Virus record (IMG/VR): IMGVR_UViG_3300020727_000014
Reading direction: 5' to 3' (one strand)
DNA from: an uncultured virus (IMG/VR IMGVR_UViG_3300020727_000014)
Taxonomy: Duplodnaviria > Heunggongvirae > Uroviricota > Caudoviricetes
Length of the DNA stretch: 64,000 bases
The position numbers and the translations under genes were made by a program. Shown here piece after piece: positions 46,584 to 59,896 of the stretch. Each line of letters opens with the position of its first letter. The first letter of the stretch is position 1. Below the pieces are notes generated by a model. That model did no database searches, was not told the origin of the DNA, and was given only the letters and a program-made list of their open reading frames with translations.

Positions 46584-46763
46584 TTATGGTAGTTCACAAA
46601 CTTCTCCAGCATCTTTTGTGATTTGTAAAATCATTTCTTTACCAATAACAAAATTGATTGTGGTGTGTTCAATGTTAGCAGGGTAAAATGCTAAAGCCAA
46701 TTTACTTTGATATTCAGGAGCATTGGGGTGGTAATGGTCAGCCATCAATTCATTTAAGGTCAT
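46584..46763 (-). CDS. small hypothetical gene whose last codons are replaced by the IS end
   Basis: MTLNELMAD...KDAGEV then CELP* from the IS; the empty site would read ...GEVYKKSA*. Confidence 0.55.
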   Translation of the reverse strand: MTLNELMADHYHPNAPEYQSKLALAFYPANIEHTTINFVIGKEMILQITKDAGEVCELP

Positions 46764-46777
46764 TTAATTTTCCTGTT

Positions 46778-49700
46778 TTATAAATTTCTGCTATTTCCCA
46801 AGCATAACCATATAGTTTCATCATTTACTCCAAAATGTTGTTTAATCTGTTGAGCCATATCCCAATACTCTGGTCTAACTCCAGTTTGGCTAGGCGCAAA
46901 ATCAATCCAGTCTGTCCCCTTTGCTATAATCTGTTCAGCGCATTCATTTACAATCAACTCGGCAAACTTTGTTGGGTCTAATACAGTTTCACAATATGAA
47001 TAATCACCAACCGTTATATAACTTCTAAGAGCTAATTCTTTAATTAATTCACTATTCATTTATTCTTCCCATAATGTTTGAGCAAACCTGTATAAGCAGG
47101 TTGATTCTTTCTTTTATTATAATAAGACTTAGGTTTTGGCATGAGTTTAGCATATTTTTCAACAAGAACCCTATCAAAATTATACCCTCTTATTTCAGTA
47201 TTGGATGATGAATATGTTATAGTATGAACCCCTTCATTACATATTATAGTATATATTTTACCAGGTTCTGTAATTTTAAATCTCATATTACAATTATAAC
47301 ATATACCATCTCTATTAGATATAGTTAATGTTGTACTCATTACCACTTTTCTATAACAGTTGAAAATGTTCCTTCAATATCTCCCATCTTACATTCAAAT
47401 TCTACAGTAAGAACAGAAGAATCTAAACTATTATATGATTGTCTTAAGAAAAAGCTATCCATTTTATGGGGTATTTTAGATAATACATTTTGAATAATGT
47501 CTAATTGCCCAACATCTAATCTAATTTCATTCATATTTACCTCTGATTTTATGTTCTCTTTCAGCATATATTATGCCATCAGAATAACCATCTCGATAAT
47601 CTTCACTTAGATCGCAGATTTTTAAATGATTATCTACTTGATCAAGATCAATAGGATCGCGTTTTGGTGGTGCTAGGTATAGTGGTATCGAATTGCCGTA
47701 ATCTACCTTATATAAATTACCGTAAGTTTTGTCTTTCCAAGCCACAGGTTCTTGCTCGGGTCTAGCAAGGAGTTCCTCTACTTCGTTTATAAATTCACAC
47801 GCTTCATCATCTGGCGTAATTGTTTCAATTATTTGAGCAGCTTTCTTTAACAACTCTCGTTCTTTACTCATCGCTATGCTCCTATACCGTGATGTTTTTC
47901 TATCGCTGTAGTATAAATCTTAGAAAATATAGGGAAATATACTAACGTTTTAGTTTCTTTAACTTCTCTGACAATCTTTTTTGGTATATTCATCCAAATA
48001 TTGTTTCTTAAAATTGAATAACATGTCTCTCTTTCAATAATTCATTCAAAAGTTTGCCAACTATCATAATAATGGGAATTTGGTATAAAATGTTTTGGGG
48101 CTCTTGATGACTTATGATACATTTTAGCAAACTCAGCACCACCCAAATTGGGCTCGTATGAATTATAATTATCATTATCTCCATCATACGGATAAAACTC
48201 AACTTCACCACAATAATCTAACATTATAGTATATCTCTTTTACTTTTCAAATAGTTTCTGAATATAGTTAATGCATCCCTTACTGTTATGACAGGAGCAG
48301 TATCGAATGATGTTTGGTAGCATTTATCATGGATTTGTTTTATAACATCTTCTAATTCTACGGGCTCTCGTTTTGGTGGTGTAAAACTTATAGTTGGCCG
48401 TTTTAGTTCAGCCAATGCTGTTTCTAATGCTTCAATAAGTTTATCTTTATTCATTCCCCACCTCCAATGCCGTGTGCTTTTTCTATAATCCGCACTAACT
48501 GTACAAACCCTTTCCATTCTTTCTTTAATAATATCTCGCAGATAGCTTCATCACTTAAAGGCTCACGTTTTAAATCTTGCTCGGCTTGTGCATAACCTTT
48601 TTTAAATTCTTTTAAACCTTGTCGTGGCGTTAAAGGCTCGGGTTCTGACTCAACCATTACAGAAGCTCTACCCGCTTCATAAGCATCATAGACATTACTA
48701 ACGGAAACACCGTTAGGCATAACAGCAGCCATAGAAACTGAAGTTTGTTTATCTGTTGTAGGCTCTGGCTCAGGTTGGGCTAGGAGTTCTTCGGTTTTAT
48801 CATATAACTCGCTAAAATCATCCGTATCTCGTGCTCCTTTGTACCATCTATAAAGTAACTCTCTTTCTTTACTCATCTGTATTTTCTCTATATAAAGGTC
48901 TAATGTTAAATGCTACATCATATACACCATGAGCAATTTCTTCTGATGTAGTGACATTATCGAATATAACCTCAACAGGAGTACCATATTTCGCTAAATC
49001 ATACATCCAAGCAACAGGTCTTTTCTCAGGATATGTAAGACGTTTTTCAATTACATTTGCTTGCAGTATTTGTATTTTTTTGGACATACCAGTTCGTAAA
49101 TTTCGTGCTATACATCCCAATAAATCTCGATCATAAAAACTTAAATGGTCTTTTTCTAACAACTCGTGTTTAAAATAATTCATCTTTAATCCTGTGAAAT
49201 ATGAAAAACTAACATTGATATAGCAATACCAATAAGAACACCAGCCAAAAATATCGGTATAATGTCTAAAATCATGTTTTAATCGTAAAATGTTCTTTAA
49301 TTTTATCTGCGCACAACCATGCAACTTCTCCTAGATCATCTTCTGCCTTATCATAAAATTCTAATGGTATAAGTTTACCACCATTGGAAACATCATGTCC
49401 TGTATGGTTGCAGATTTTAATGCATTCTTTAACAATCAACTCGGCAAACTTTTCCACGGATATCATTCGATTCTCGAGCGGAACTCTATACCCATCTGGA
49501 GCATAGACAGTATATAAATGCACCATATAACCGTGCAAGCAACTTTCCATAGCAAGTTCTTCAATCTTTTTGTTCATCACTGGGTTCCTTTAATTTCTTT
49601 TCAAGTTTCTTAATATCACTTTTAAGATTATAAATCTCAGATTCTTTCCAATCTAATTTTGATCTCATATCTGCTAGTTTATCAAAATCATTAGGATCTG

Positions 49701-52700
49701 TCAAACTTAAATCTTCTTCTGGATATATCATAAACTTATTATCATCCCAATCAAATCCTTTGTTTGCCCATTTTATATCCATACACGGTGTACCAGCAAT
49801 TGCTCCTGCCTTTTGAATTGGAATACAAACACGAATGGATTCTGGATTACGATTAGTTTGTTCACACATTATAATATCACGTTCTATGATATCATATAAC
49901 TGTTTTAGGTTCATGCTACCATCCTTTATTTCGTTCTTCTATTCTAGCACAGTTAGAACATTTAAAAATATAGTATAATCCGTTAGGTCTACCATCAATA
50001 GATTTTGCGCCAGTGCTACTGAGTTCCCAGTTGTGCCAGCATCCGTGCCATAAGAATTGTAAAATTTTAATCATTATCGTTTTCGTTATGTTGTTCAATT
50101 ATAGTCATTTTTCAGATTTTCTTTAATCTTTTCGTGAATTTTTCATTATCTCCATGCAGTTTTCAAGTTGAATTTTTAATTCTGCATTACGTTTTTCTAC
50201 ATTTTCAGGTAGCATGTATTCTTTATATTCATCACTTCGTTCTAAATTTTGATCTACCATTTTACATGGACAATATGGTTCGTTATACATCGGTCCCAGA
50301 CATGCACACATTTTATTAATCATTTTAATCCTATTTTACTGTATTTTTATGACCACAAGGAGGACAACTAATAAATCTTATAGTATCTACGCCACCAGTA
50401 TAGTCGCTTTCTTTTCGCGTTTGTATATCTGCTGGAACGTATTCTAACATAGCTCCACAATTTTTACAAACTGTTTGTTTAACAACACTAGGATATGGTA
50501 GTCTGCTTTCATCAATTTTAATATAATTTTATCCATTACGCTGTAATCCAATCCAAATCTTCTTCAAAAATTAATGATTCTGAACCATCATAATCTTCTA
50601 TACGAAATTTTTGACCTACAGGAACCCATTCTATAACCAACTGATAATATCCACCAAAATACCCATTTTCGTACTTTTCTTTAAGATATAGTAAAATGTC
50701 TTCATGAAGAATGCCATCTTCAACTGCTTTCACAACAACGGGATCAAAAACTGATTCTAATGAATCATCATCATCACCAATCCATGTAGACCAACCAGCA
50801 CCAAAACCTGGACTTACAAGAACTGCTACTTTACCCTTTCTAATTACTTTATTCACACACACCTACTAAGCAGGAAAGTTATTTTCTATATCAAAAATCA
50901 AGTTATCAACCATATCTAAAAAACTTTCAGAAGAAAATTCTTCATATAAAAGCCAAACTTCAGCATCAGGAAATTTTCTCATAGAATCACAAAATGGTAT
51001 ACGATTACAAACTTGATCATCAACCCAGTTTTGTAACTTCTCATAGATTTCTAGCTCACCAGAATCAACTCCACAAAAATGGTATCTGATCGCTATTTGA
51101 ATTGCTTTTTCTCTTGTAGTCATTTTGTATTCTTATTAAATTTTAAGTATGAGTTATTATACCTAACCTTATAAAAAAGGTCAAGCACTTTTATTCATCA
51201 TCTGCAAAATATTCTTTTTTGATTATTTGTTGGTTATCGCACCAAGCAATAAATTCTATAACCAAGCCAACTAAAGTAATAAAACAAAACCCTAAAGGGA
51301 TAAATACAGCTAATATTATAAACCATTCCATCATATTTCCTTTTTGTGAGAATTAGGCATACCCTCTAAATAAAATTGTTCAGCATCAGATATTGTTTCA
51401 AAATAAAATGACCAATATCCATATTGACTAAAATAACACCAACTCCAATCATTATCAGTTAATGATTCATACAACCCACCAAAACCAAAAGTTTCAATAC
51501 AATACTTAATCATATCCTGTAGTGTTACATAAATTTCTTTGTTAAGTGGCTTCACTACACGAATAATTTCCCAACCGTTCATTAGAAGATAATTTTGGGC
51601 TTGTTGTTTTCCGTATGAAGAAATTCCTTTTGAATAATTTTCCATATCTTTAGGTAAAGTGATTCCTATTACATCAGGCAAAGGAATAAATTCATCCCAT
51701 CTTTTATCTTTAGGTAAGTTTTCAACCTCAGTATATTTTTTTGATGTTTCTTCTAATATGGGGAAAGTACATTCAAAATATTCAGGTGGGTTTAATTTAT
51801 TCATTATAATTTGCCATAAAAGATTTCTCTAACCTCAAGGAATTTTTCTTTAAGGTCTTCTGGATTATGTTTCATATCAAATTCATCTAATTGTTGTAGA
51901 AGTATTATTGCTTCTGCAACTAATGCTTCAGATTTTAATGGAAGATCATCTTCGGTTGCAAGGAGAGATTTGAGTAATAGTTTTATCGATTTTCTAGCAA
52001 CTAAATTTTGGTTGGGTTTATTCACAACAATTTCTCTATTTCAACAATAGTACATTTTATATCTAAAAGTTTTCCTCTTAGATTATGCCTTTCTATGTAC
52101 ATTAAGTTTATAATATCATCGTATAAAACATTATTATGTTTAGAAAAATTCCATTCTGATCCATAAGCTTTCATTATAAAATGACGAGAATTATCAATTA
52201 TTTGATCAAAGAATGCTATTTCATTTTCCAGTTCTTGTTTTTTTCGTAAAAATTTTTCTAATTTGCTCATCGCTTGAATGCCTCAATTTCTTCGTTAGTT
52301 AATGGTTCAAACTCGTTGATATTTAAAAATGCACCATAAGTAACACTAATATCTCCATCTTCTTTGTGTTTAATTAAAATTCCATGTTCAGGTATATTGT
52401 CATACCATTGTTTTTTTATAACAGATTGAATTTTTTTATATATATCTCTATTTTGCAATCCAATATCTTCTAAAGTTCTACAACATCTTTGTAGTAAATC
52501 ATCACGAATTTCTATTTCAGATTTTTGTTGCTCAATCATTTTCCTCATAGTATCCAAATTCGATTTTAATGATTCTATCATAGTATCTTTAGTTTTCCAT
52601 TGTTCTTGGTCAGTAAACATAATTAATCCAAATAAAAAGTTTCAATAAGAAATCCACCTTGATCATTCATCCAACCACCATTAGGTTCTAACTCTCTGAT

Positions 52701-52880
52701 AGTATATGAGTCACCGACTAGAACTTCCATTCTGTAAATATCACTAGTATCACCACCTATTTCTACAATGATCGTACAACCATTTTTTAACACACCAGAA
52801 TACCTAAATCGGTATTTGTAATAAGAGGAAAATGTTACTACTACATCACCATATTTTTCTATAAATTCATCGTATAACAT
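46778..52880 (-). other. cluster of small hypothetical early genes including 'FAELIV.EC' and 'PPKREP' paralog families
   Basis: Dense minus-strand ORFs sharing short peptide modules. Confidence 0.6.
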
Positions 52881-52931
52881 ATGTATCCTATTAAATTGTA
52901 TATTCTATTATAACTCGATGTATGAAATTAG

Positions 52932-53666
52932 TCAAGCAATAGGTTCAAAGTATGGAATAATTAAATCGCCATACCGTTTTAATTGTCCATTATCATAATA
53001 TTCCGATTCGTATATTTCCCAACCTCCATCAGAATCATCAATTCTAATCAGATTGTTGTTCTGGTCATATTGATATTTTGACCAGTCCCCATCAGAATAA
53101 TCAATTCTGGTTTGATTGCCATTTTGATCGTATTGTGTTGTTACCCAATATCCAGAAGAATAATCATATCTTATTTCATTATTATTCTGATCATATTGAT
53201 ATTTTATCCAGTCTCCATTACAAGAATCAACTCTAATTCGATTGCCGTTTTCATCGTATTGATAAGTTTTCCAAAACCCAGTAGATTTATCAACTCTAAT
53301 TCGATTGCCGTTTTCATCGTATTGATAAGTTTTCCAAAACCCAGTAGATTTATCAACTCTAATCAGGTTATTATTCTGGTCATATTGATATTTTATCCAG
53401 TCTCCATTACAAGAATCAACTCTAATTCGATTGCCGTTTTCATCGTATTGATAAGTTTCCCAAAACCCAGTAGATTTATCAACTCTAATCAGGTTATTAT
53501 TGCTATCAAAGGTTCTATCTTTTAACCATTTTACAAAATTAATATAATCGCCTTGAACCTCCCCTAAACGATCCAAAGGAAATCCAAACAATTTATTTCT
53601 TTCACAGAAATCAATTCCCTCTTTACAAGCTTTTACTTTAAGTAACATCTCTCTATTCAATTTCAT
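52932..53666 (-). CDS. YD/RHS-like 21-aa repeat protein, paralog A
   Basis: Repeats YD.N.N.IR.D.S.G.W..Y; N- and C-termini shared with 53722-54708. Confidence 0.75.
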   Translation of the reverse strand: MKLNREMLLKVKACKEGIDFCERNKLFGFPLDRLGEVQGDYINFVKWLKDRTFDSNNNLIRVDKSTGFWETYQYDENGNRIRVDSCNGDWIKYQYDQNNNLIRVDKSTGFWKTYQYDENGNRIRVDKSTGFWKTYQYDENGNRIRVDSCNGDWIKYQYDQNNNEIRYDYSSGYWVTTQYDQNGNQTRIDYSDGDWSKYQYDQNNNLIRIDDSDGGWEIYESEYYDNGQLKRYGDLIIPYFEPIA

Positions 53667-53721
53667 AACATTATCTCATTTTAAAAAGTATATTCTATTA
53701 TAACTCGATGTATGAAATTAG

Positions 53722-54708
53722 TCAAGCAATAGGTTCAAAGTATGGAATAATTAAATCATCATATCTTTTTAATTGTCCATTGTCATAAAATTCCGATTCA
53801 TGTGTTTCAGACTTTCCAAAAGAATTCTGATGTCCAATCAAGTTATTATTCTGATCGTATTGTCTTGTTTCCAAATACCCCGAAGAATGATCAACTCTAA
53901 TCAAGTTATTGTTCTGATCGTATTGTGTTGTTACCCAATATCCAGAAGAAGTATCATCTCTAATCAAGTTATTATTCTGATCGTATTCTTTTGTTTCCCA
54001 ATATCCAGAAGAAGTATCAGTTCTGATGATATTATTGTTCTGATCATATTCTTTTGTTTCCCAATACCCCGAAGAATGATCAACTCTAATCAAGTTATTG
54101 TTCTGATCATATTCTTTTGTTTGCCAATAACCATTAGAGTCAGAATATTTAATCAGGTTATTGTTCTGGTCGTATTGTCTTATTTCCCAATACCCAGTAG
54201 ATTTAACAATTCTTATCGCGTTATTGTTTTGGTCATATTCTTTTGTTTCCCAATACCCAGTAGATTTAACAATTCTTATCGCATTATTGTTTTGGTCATA
54301 TTCTTTTGTTTCCCAATAACCATTAGAGTCAGAATATTTAATCAGGTTATTATTCTGATCATATTCTTTTGTTTCCCAATAACCATTAGAGTCAGAATAT
54401 TTAATCAGGTTATTATTCTGATCATATTCTTTTGTTATCTTATACCCATAATAATTTTCAAACTTAATCAGGTTATTATTCTGATCATATTCTTTTGTTT
54501 CCCAATATCCAGAAGAAGTATCAGTTCTGATGATATTATTGTTTTGATCAAAATTTTTACACTTTAACCATTTTACAAAATACTCATAATCGCCTTGAAC
54601 TTCATCTAAACGATCTAATGGAAATCCAAATAATTTATTCCGTTCACAGAAATCGATCCCCTCAGCACACGCATTAGCTCGTTCTAACATATCTTTATTT
54701 AATTTCAT
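53722..54708 (-). CDS. YD/RHS-like 21-aa repeat protein, paralog B
   Basis: ~12 repeats EYDQNNNLI...S.GYWETK. Confidence 0.75.
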   Translation of the reverse strand: MKLNKDMLERANACAEGIDFCERNKLFGFPLDRLDEVQGDYEYFVKWLKCKNFDQNNNIIRTDTSSGYWETKEYDQNNNLIKFENYYGYKITKEYDQNNNLIKYSDSNGYWETKEYDQNNNLIKYSDSNGYWETKEYDQNNNAIRIVKSTGYWETKEYDQNNNAIRIVKSTGYWEIRQYDQNNNLIKYSDSNGYWQTKEYDQNNNLIRVDHSSGYWETKEYDQNNNIIRTDTSSGYWETKEYDQNNNLIRDDTSSGYWVTTQYDQNNNLIRVDHSSGYLETRQYDQNNNLIGHQNSFGKSETHESEFYDNGQLKRYDDLIIPYFEPIA

Positions 54709-56471
54709 ATTATTTTCTCACTTGTATCTGCTTCAATTTTATCTAATCTGGTTTCCAGATATACAGAAAGAAATAAACTCTCTTCACCATTAAACATTTC
54801 ATATCCTAAAATTAAAAGTATAACTTATTATACTTTGTTGTATGCTATTAGTCAAGAACTTTAGGTGGTATCATATTATAATCCACCCATAACTATCCCA
54901 AGAGTCTTCGTCAGAATAACATTTAAGAATTTTTGAAAGTGCTATTTCTGGAGTATCCCCAGAACAACGCATATACCACATATTCTTTTCAGAATCTATA
55001 AATTCTATTTCTGCTCTCCAATCGCTATCACATTTTTCTGATAGTGTTATTTTATCTATTTTAGATGTAGCCATAACAATCGTCCTCTTTATTTTCGTAA
55101 TAAGAAAAAGATCCACATAAACATTCTGTTTCACAATAAGCATGGCAAATACAGGTTCTAGTCAATTCACCATTACTTAAATCTAACCAATATCCAACCT
55201 TACCGAATCTTTCACTATCCAATACCAAAATTGGATATCTTGGGTCTTCATATGATAAGTCTGCTTCAACACCTAATTCTTTATTAAGAAGCATCTTAAA
55301 CACCCTTTTCATATTCATGAAACCATTTTAAAAATTCTTTAGTACAAGATAAGCATATCCATACTAATCCGTTATGCTCAGAACCAGCACCATTACCCCA
55401 CATATCTCTACCACCTGTATTGCCTCTATATGATATTTCAGTATATCCCCATTCTCGACCGCTAGTATCTCTAGTATCTTTTTCAGAACCGCATCTATCA
55501 CAACAAACTTTTTCTACAGTAACTTTTGTTATGCCCATTTAAATGCCTCGTCTGCAATACCATTGGAAACAGTTACCCAGTTTTTACGAAAAAACTCTCC
55601 AATTTGTTTAATTGTTATAGACCCATCATCATGTTCAACACATCGCTCATATCGTCCAGTTTCTTTGAATTTTCTGGTTTTCCAATCATTTTGAACAATA
55701 TCCTGTTCATCAATAACATATGATTTATAATATGTTAATAGAGCGTTCTTTTCTTCTTTTAATAATTCAATTATCTTTTAATTCCTATTCTATCCAAGTT
55801 CTATCTTTTAAGTTTTCAATTTTTGCTATTTCAAAATGATTTAAAATATCCGCCATTGCACTTTCCCTAGCTCTTTTATAATCACCAAGACCACTATCAC
55901 CTAGAGCAATTTTAGCACATTCTTTAACAATCTTTTCAACAAATATATCTAATTCTTTTTTTGTTAATGTCATATAAAGTGTTCCTGGAGCATCATATAC
56001 CCATTCTATATGTCTTCCAAGGATATTTGAAAGTATTTCAGCAAATTTAATATTCATTCTACTATATCTCTTCGTTCATGATTACTTCGTTCATCAGCCA
56101 TAACTTGTGTAGATAAAAATAATGCTATAATTAATAATTTTTTCATGTAGTTTCCTAGGGGAGAGTTGTTTAATCTTTTCTAATAAAAGAAAAATGGATA
56201 AGGAATCGGACAATCTTACAAAAGATAAAATATATCAGGAGAATTTTTAATAAGAAGAACATAGACATTTTCATTTATGTTTAATAGAAAGACAATCTAT
56301 TTCATCATATAATTTATATCTTCCTGCATCAATCTTTTGTTCTAAGACTTTTTCACAGGAAGTTTTATCTTGGAAGTATTGAGTGGTAAGAGTACCGTCG
56401 AACATTAACGCTAATAATACAAAAGTCATTTTTATCTCTCTTTAGTTTTAATATGACTTATTATAACTAAT

Positions 56472-56927
56472 CTAGCGAAAGATGTCAACCACTTCTTTTA
56501 ATTCAGCATAAAATTCTTTATACCGTTCTTGACGATGTTTATCGATTTCGGTCACAGATACTAATCGACTCAAATCCATATTGTGATGTAGATCAGCCAT
56601 TTTAACAATTACTGCATCTTTGTTCGCTTTTACCTTATCTTTGTATTCCTCATAAGACTCACCATCAACTTTTGTTAATGCAACAATACCTCGTATAACC
56701 CTCTCAGAAAAACCTAAAGAACGTAATTTCTTTTCTGTAACCATGGTATCTTCTATAAGATCGTGTCCCAGAGCGATGATTTTTAGATCGTCATCTTTCG
56801 TATCCAGAAGTTCCATAACTGCTAAGGGATGAAGATAATAAGGTTTTCCAGATTTATCGACTTGTCCGCGATGAGCTTCTACCATCACCATAATCATTAA
56901 TTCTTTGAAATCTACTTTCGCTTCCAT
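56472..56927 (-). CDS. HD-domain protein of the RelA/SpoT hydrolase (small alarmone hydrolase-like) type
   Basis: AH.GQ.DK.G.PY..HP..V...HDL.EDT...V.ALTK...VK.AD..HN. Confidence 0.8.
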   Translation of the reverse strand: MEAKVDFKELMIMVMVEAHRGQVDKSGKPYYLHPLAVMELLDTKDDDLKIIALGHDLIEDTMVTEKKLRSLGFSERVIRGIVALTKVDGESYEEYKDKVKANKDAVIVKMADLHHNMDLSRLVSVTEIDKHRQERYKEFYAELKEVVDIFR

Positions 56928-59716
56928 AATTCACCTATCCCATGTGCTTTTTCTATTTTTCTAGCATACTCTTTATAAGCAAATACAGATGTTGTGTATG
57001 TGCAGTCATAAAGATCATCGGTTGCAAGTGTGCTTAGTTCTTCATCACTCAAAGGCTCTCGTTTTGGTGGTGATGTGCGTAAATCCTCATAATAAGAAGT
57101 TATATGATCTTGTTCAGTCATTTATTCTTCACCTCGCAATTCGCTATATTCTTTCTTAAAAATCCACTTAACTCTCGCTACTTCATCGAAATATTGACTA
57201 GTTACCTCACTTTTAATCCACCCGACTTGCGTCCCAATAGATACACCAAAATGAATTGCCCGATCTTCTGTCGTAACAATATCAGGTGTAGCCCACGAAT
57301 ACAATTTTATAAAATTAGCTGGATCATTTACATAGATAGAACACGCAAGATCAATAACTCTATTTCTACGGTAAAATCTATTTTTCTCTAACATTAAAGG
57401 GGATAAAAAGTTTATTCTCTCCTTTGCTTCTTCAATATACTTTCTCATTATTGATCCTCAACCAATACAGCATACCCAACACGATTTCCATAAAAATCTT
57501 GAATGACTTGTTTGGTATTGCCATGATACAAAAGTTCTTTGGAAACAGATTCTAATATCCTTGCTATTTCACAATGAAGATTGGTATCACATCCTTGAAA
57601 TACGTCATTTTCGCAAGTTATTTCTAATACAAATTTTTTCATTCTACAATTTCCCATGGCTCAAAACCAGTATGAGAAGACTCAAGGATAAAGATTGGAA
57701 CCCGCTGCCCATGATCGCCTATAATAACAACTAAATCCTCATTAATCACACTTACAACATCATAGACTTTACTGGGTGTTAAATACGCTGGACATAATTC
57801 TTTTTTATCTGTACATTTGATTTTCATTTAACAACCAGTTATTTGGGTATAGCTTACTGCACTTTGCCATAAACACCAACAATCCATTATATGAGATCCT
57901 GAATTTACGTTCATGTAATTATCTCCTGCATTAAAAAATTCTATTAAAGTTTCTTCGTCCACTAGAGAAATGCATTTACCATAAGATTCAATAAACACTA
58001 ATTGATTTTCAGATAAATTAATCATAATTGTACCCAACCAACAGAATCACATAAGAAATCTATACCATTAACTTCTACTACATCACCAACGCTCACAGAA
58101 CGATGAAGTCCATAACTAGCTTCTCTTTCCTCTTGTCTAGAAGGATTGTTGGTAAGGTCAAAAGCTTCCTCAGGATTACTTTTATCAGATTCAAAAGAAG
58201 GAATAACCGAATACGTGTGAAGATAATCTTTAACTAATTTTACTCTATCTTCGGTTTGATAGATATCCATACGAATCCATGGAGGCGATAATTTCACAGT
58301 TAAATCAGTCATTTTTAAATCTCTCTTAATTAATTAGTATGACTTATTATAACTAAATCAGAATAAAGAATCAAGCACTTGATCACTTTTGATTTTCTTC
58401 AAACCTTGCAAGCTTCGTCATATTCGCGGCAACGGTCTTCAAAATCCTTTTCCCATGCTTCGAATTCTTTTTGACGCTGTTCTTGCATCGCAGGAGTTAA
58501 TTCGTATGCGATCCAATCTAGGATCGATTCGCGGTCGTTTGACGCGATGTGGCGTGGACGGATTCCGTTTACATCCTTGTACCAGTCGCTGAAGACAGCG
58601 TGTAGGTCTTCTGTGTTCATTGCTTGATAAGTTTCTATTGACATGTTCTGCTCCTAGTTAGTATGTGTATATTATAGAGTCTTTATTTGCCTTTGTCAAC
58701 CCCTAAATTCCTTTTTTTTAATTCTTCAAACTTTGCAATCGATTTCGCTGCACGGTTGTTTTCCCATATTCCTAATAAACAGAAAACGATAGTAATTGCA
58801 GGACCGATAATAAGAACAAACAAGAAAAAATAAGTCATCATTTACTCCTTAATAAGGTCCTTGTTTGCGAGTGATTGAAATAATGTAGCAGTTAAGATCA
58901 TATACTTTTAATGCCTTTGCTTCTGCATCTGCGAAGTTCTCTGCTTCTAATATGAAAGTTATGTAATCTGGGTAATCATCACAATCTAAAATTACAGTGT
59001 ATTCATTCATCACATTTCTCTCTTTTCATTTAGTATGACTTATTATAATAAATCTAATGGAAAGTGTCAAGCACTTTTTAATTGTTCTAGTATCTCAGGA
59101 ATTCTGTTAAGAGCATATTCTCGTTTGCTGATTATTGACTTTTGTTCTTGGTCTGAGCGTTTACCAGTTTGACTATAAAGCAAATGACACACACTTAATT
59201 CAAAGTTAAGGGATCGTTTCAACTCTAACATCTCTTTATGCAATTCTCGTTTGTTCATTTTAAATATGATCCCATAATCTTGAATACTTTCGTTCATTAA
59301 TAATTTCAAAATTTTTTAGATTTCCATCATTATCTAATAATACGTTAACTCCGTAATAAACCCTCATAAACTGTTCATAACTACCAACGTCATCAAGAAA
59401 CTTTGATTACCATTCCTTCCAAGTATTAAATACAATTTGTTCGTTCATGTTATTCTCCATCCTTATCAAAACATCTGCATTGAAAATCAATATCACCGAT
59501 AGGAGTTCCGTTGTCTTCATAAGATTCTGGCTTAGAATAAAATTCTATTACATTCACATCAAAATCAACTTGCTCAAGTGATATCTCAACATCATACTTG
59601 CCTAGTAATGCTTTTAATTCTTCTTGAAATTGGTCTTGTCTAGTCATTTCAAATCTCTCTCTTTATTAATTAGTATGACTTATTATAATAAATCTAACGA
59701 AAGATGTCAAGCACTT

Positions 59717-59896
59717 TTAATCTATTCCAAAAGCAATTTCAGCAAATTTGATATACTTATCTTGAATATCAGCAATACTTTGCCATGCAGATTCACACCA
59801 TTCAATATCCCAACCTTATTCGGTATGTTCATATTCAAACATTTTATAAGCGACTTCTCTTTTTTTGTGTTCATTAATATTTTTAGTCATTTTCAT
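59717..59896 (-). pseudogene. pseudogene, paralog of 63791->64000, with internal TAA
   Basis: In-frame TAA at 59816-59818 where the paralog has TTA; continues GWDIEWCESAW..I.DIQ.KYIKFAEIA. Confidence 0.65.

Larger units (their letters stand above)
44882..46597. mobile_element. IS200/IS605-family element (IS605-type, divergent tnpA/tnpB)
   Basis: 16-bp perfect subterminal hairpin 44910-44953; right-end hairpin 46568-46589 ending GTAGTTCAC; both share a CCTTTAGG core; TTTAT immediately left; removal restores an ORF. Confidence 0.88.

Noticed and set aside
53112..54567. Hydrophobic plus-strand ORFs (137 and 264 aa)
   Set aside because: Antisense shadows of the repeat genes
59717..59896. Stop-codon reassignment (alternative genetic code)
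   Set aside because: Only one in-frame TAA seen; long genes are intact in the standard code and TAA, TAG and TGA all end genes
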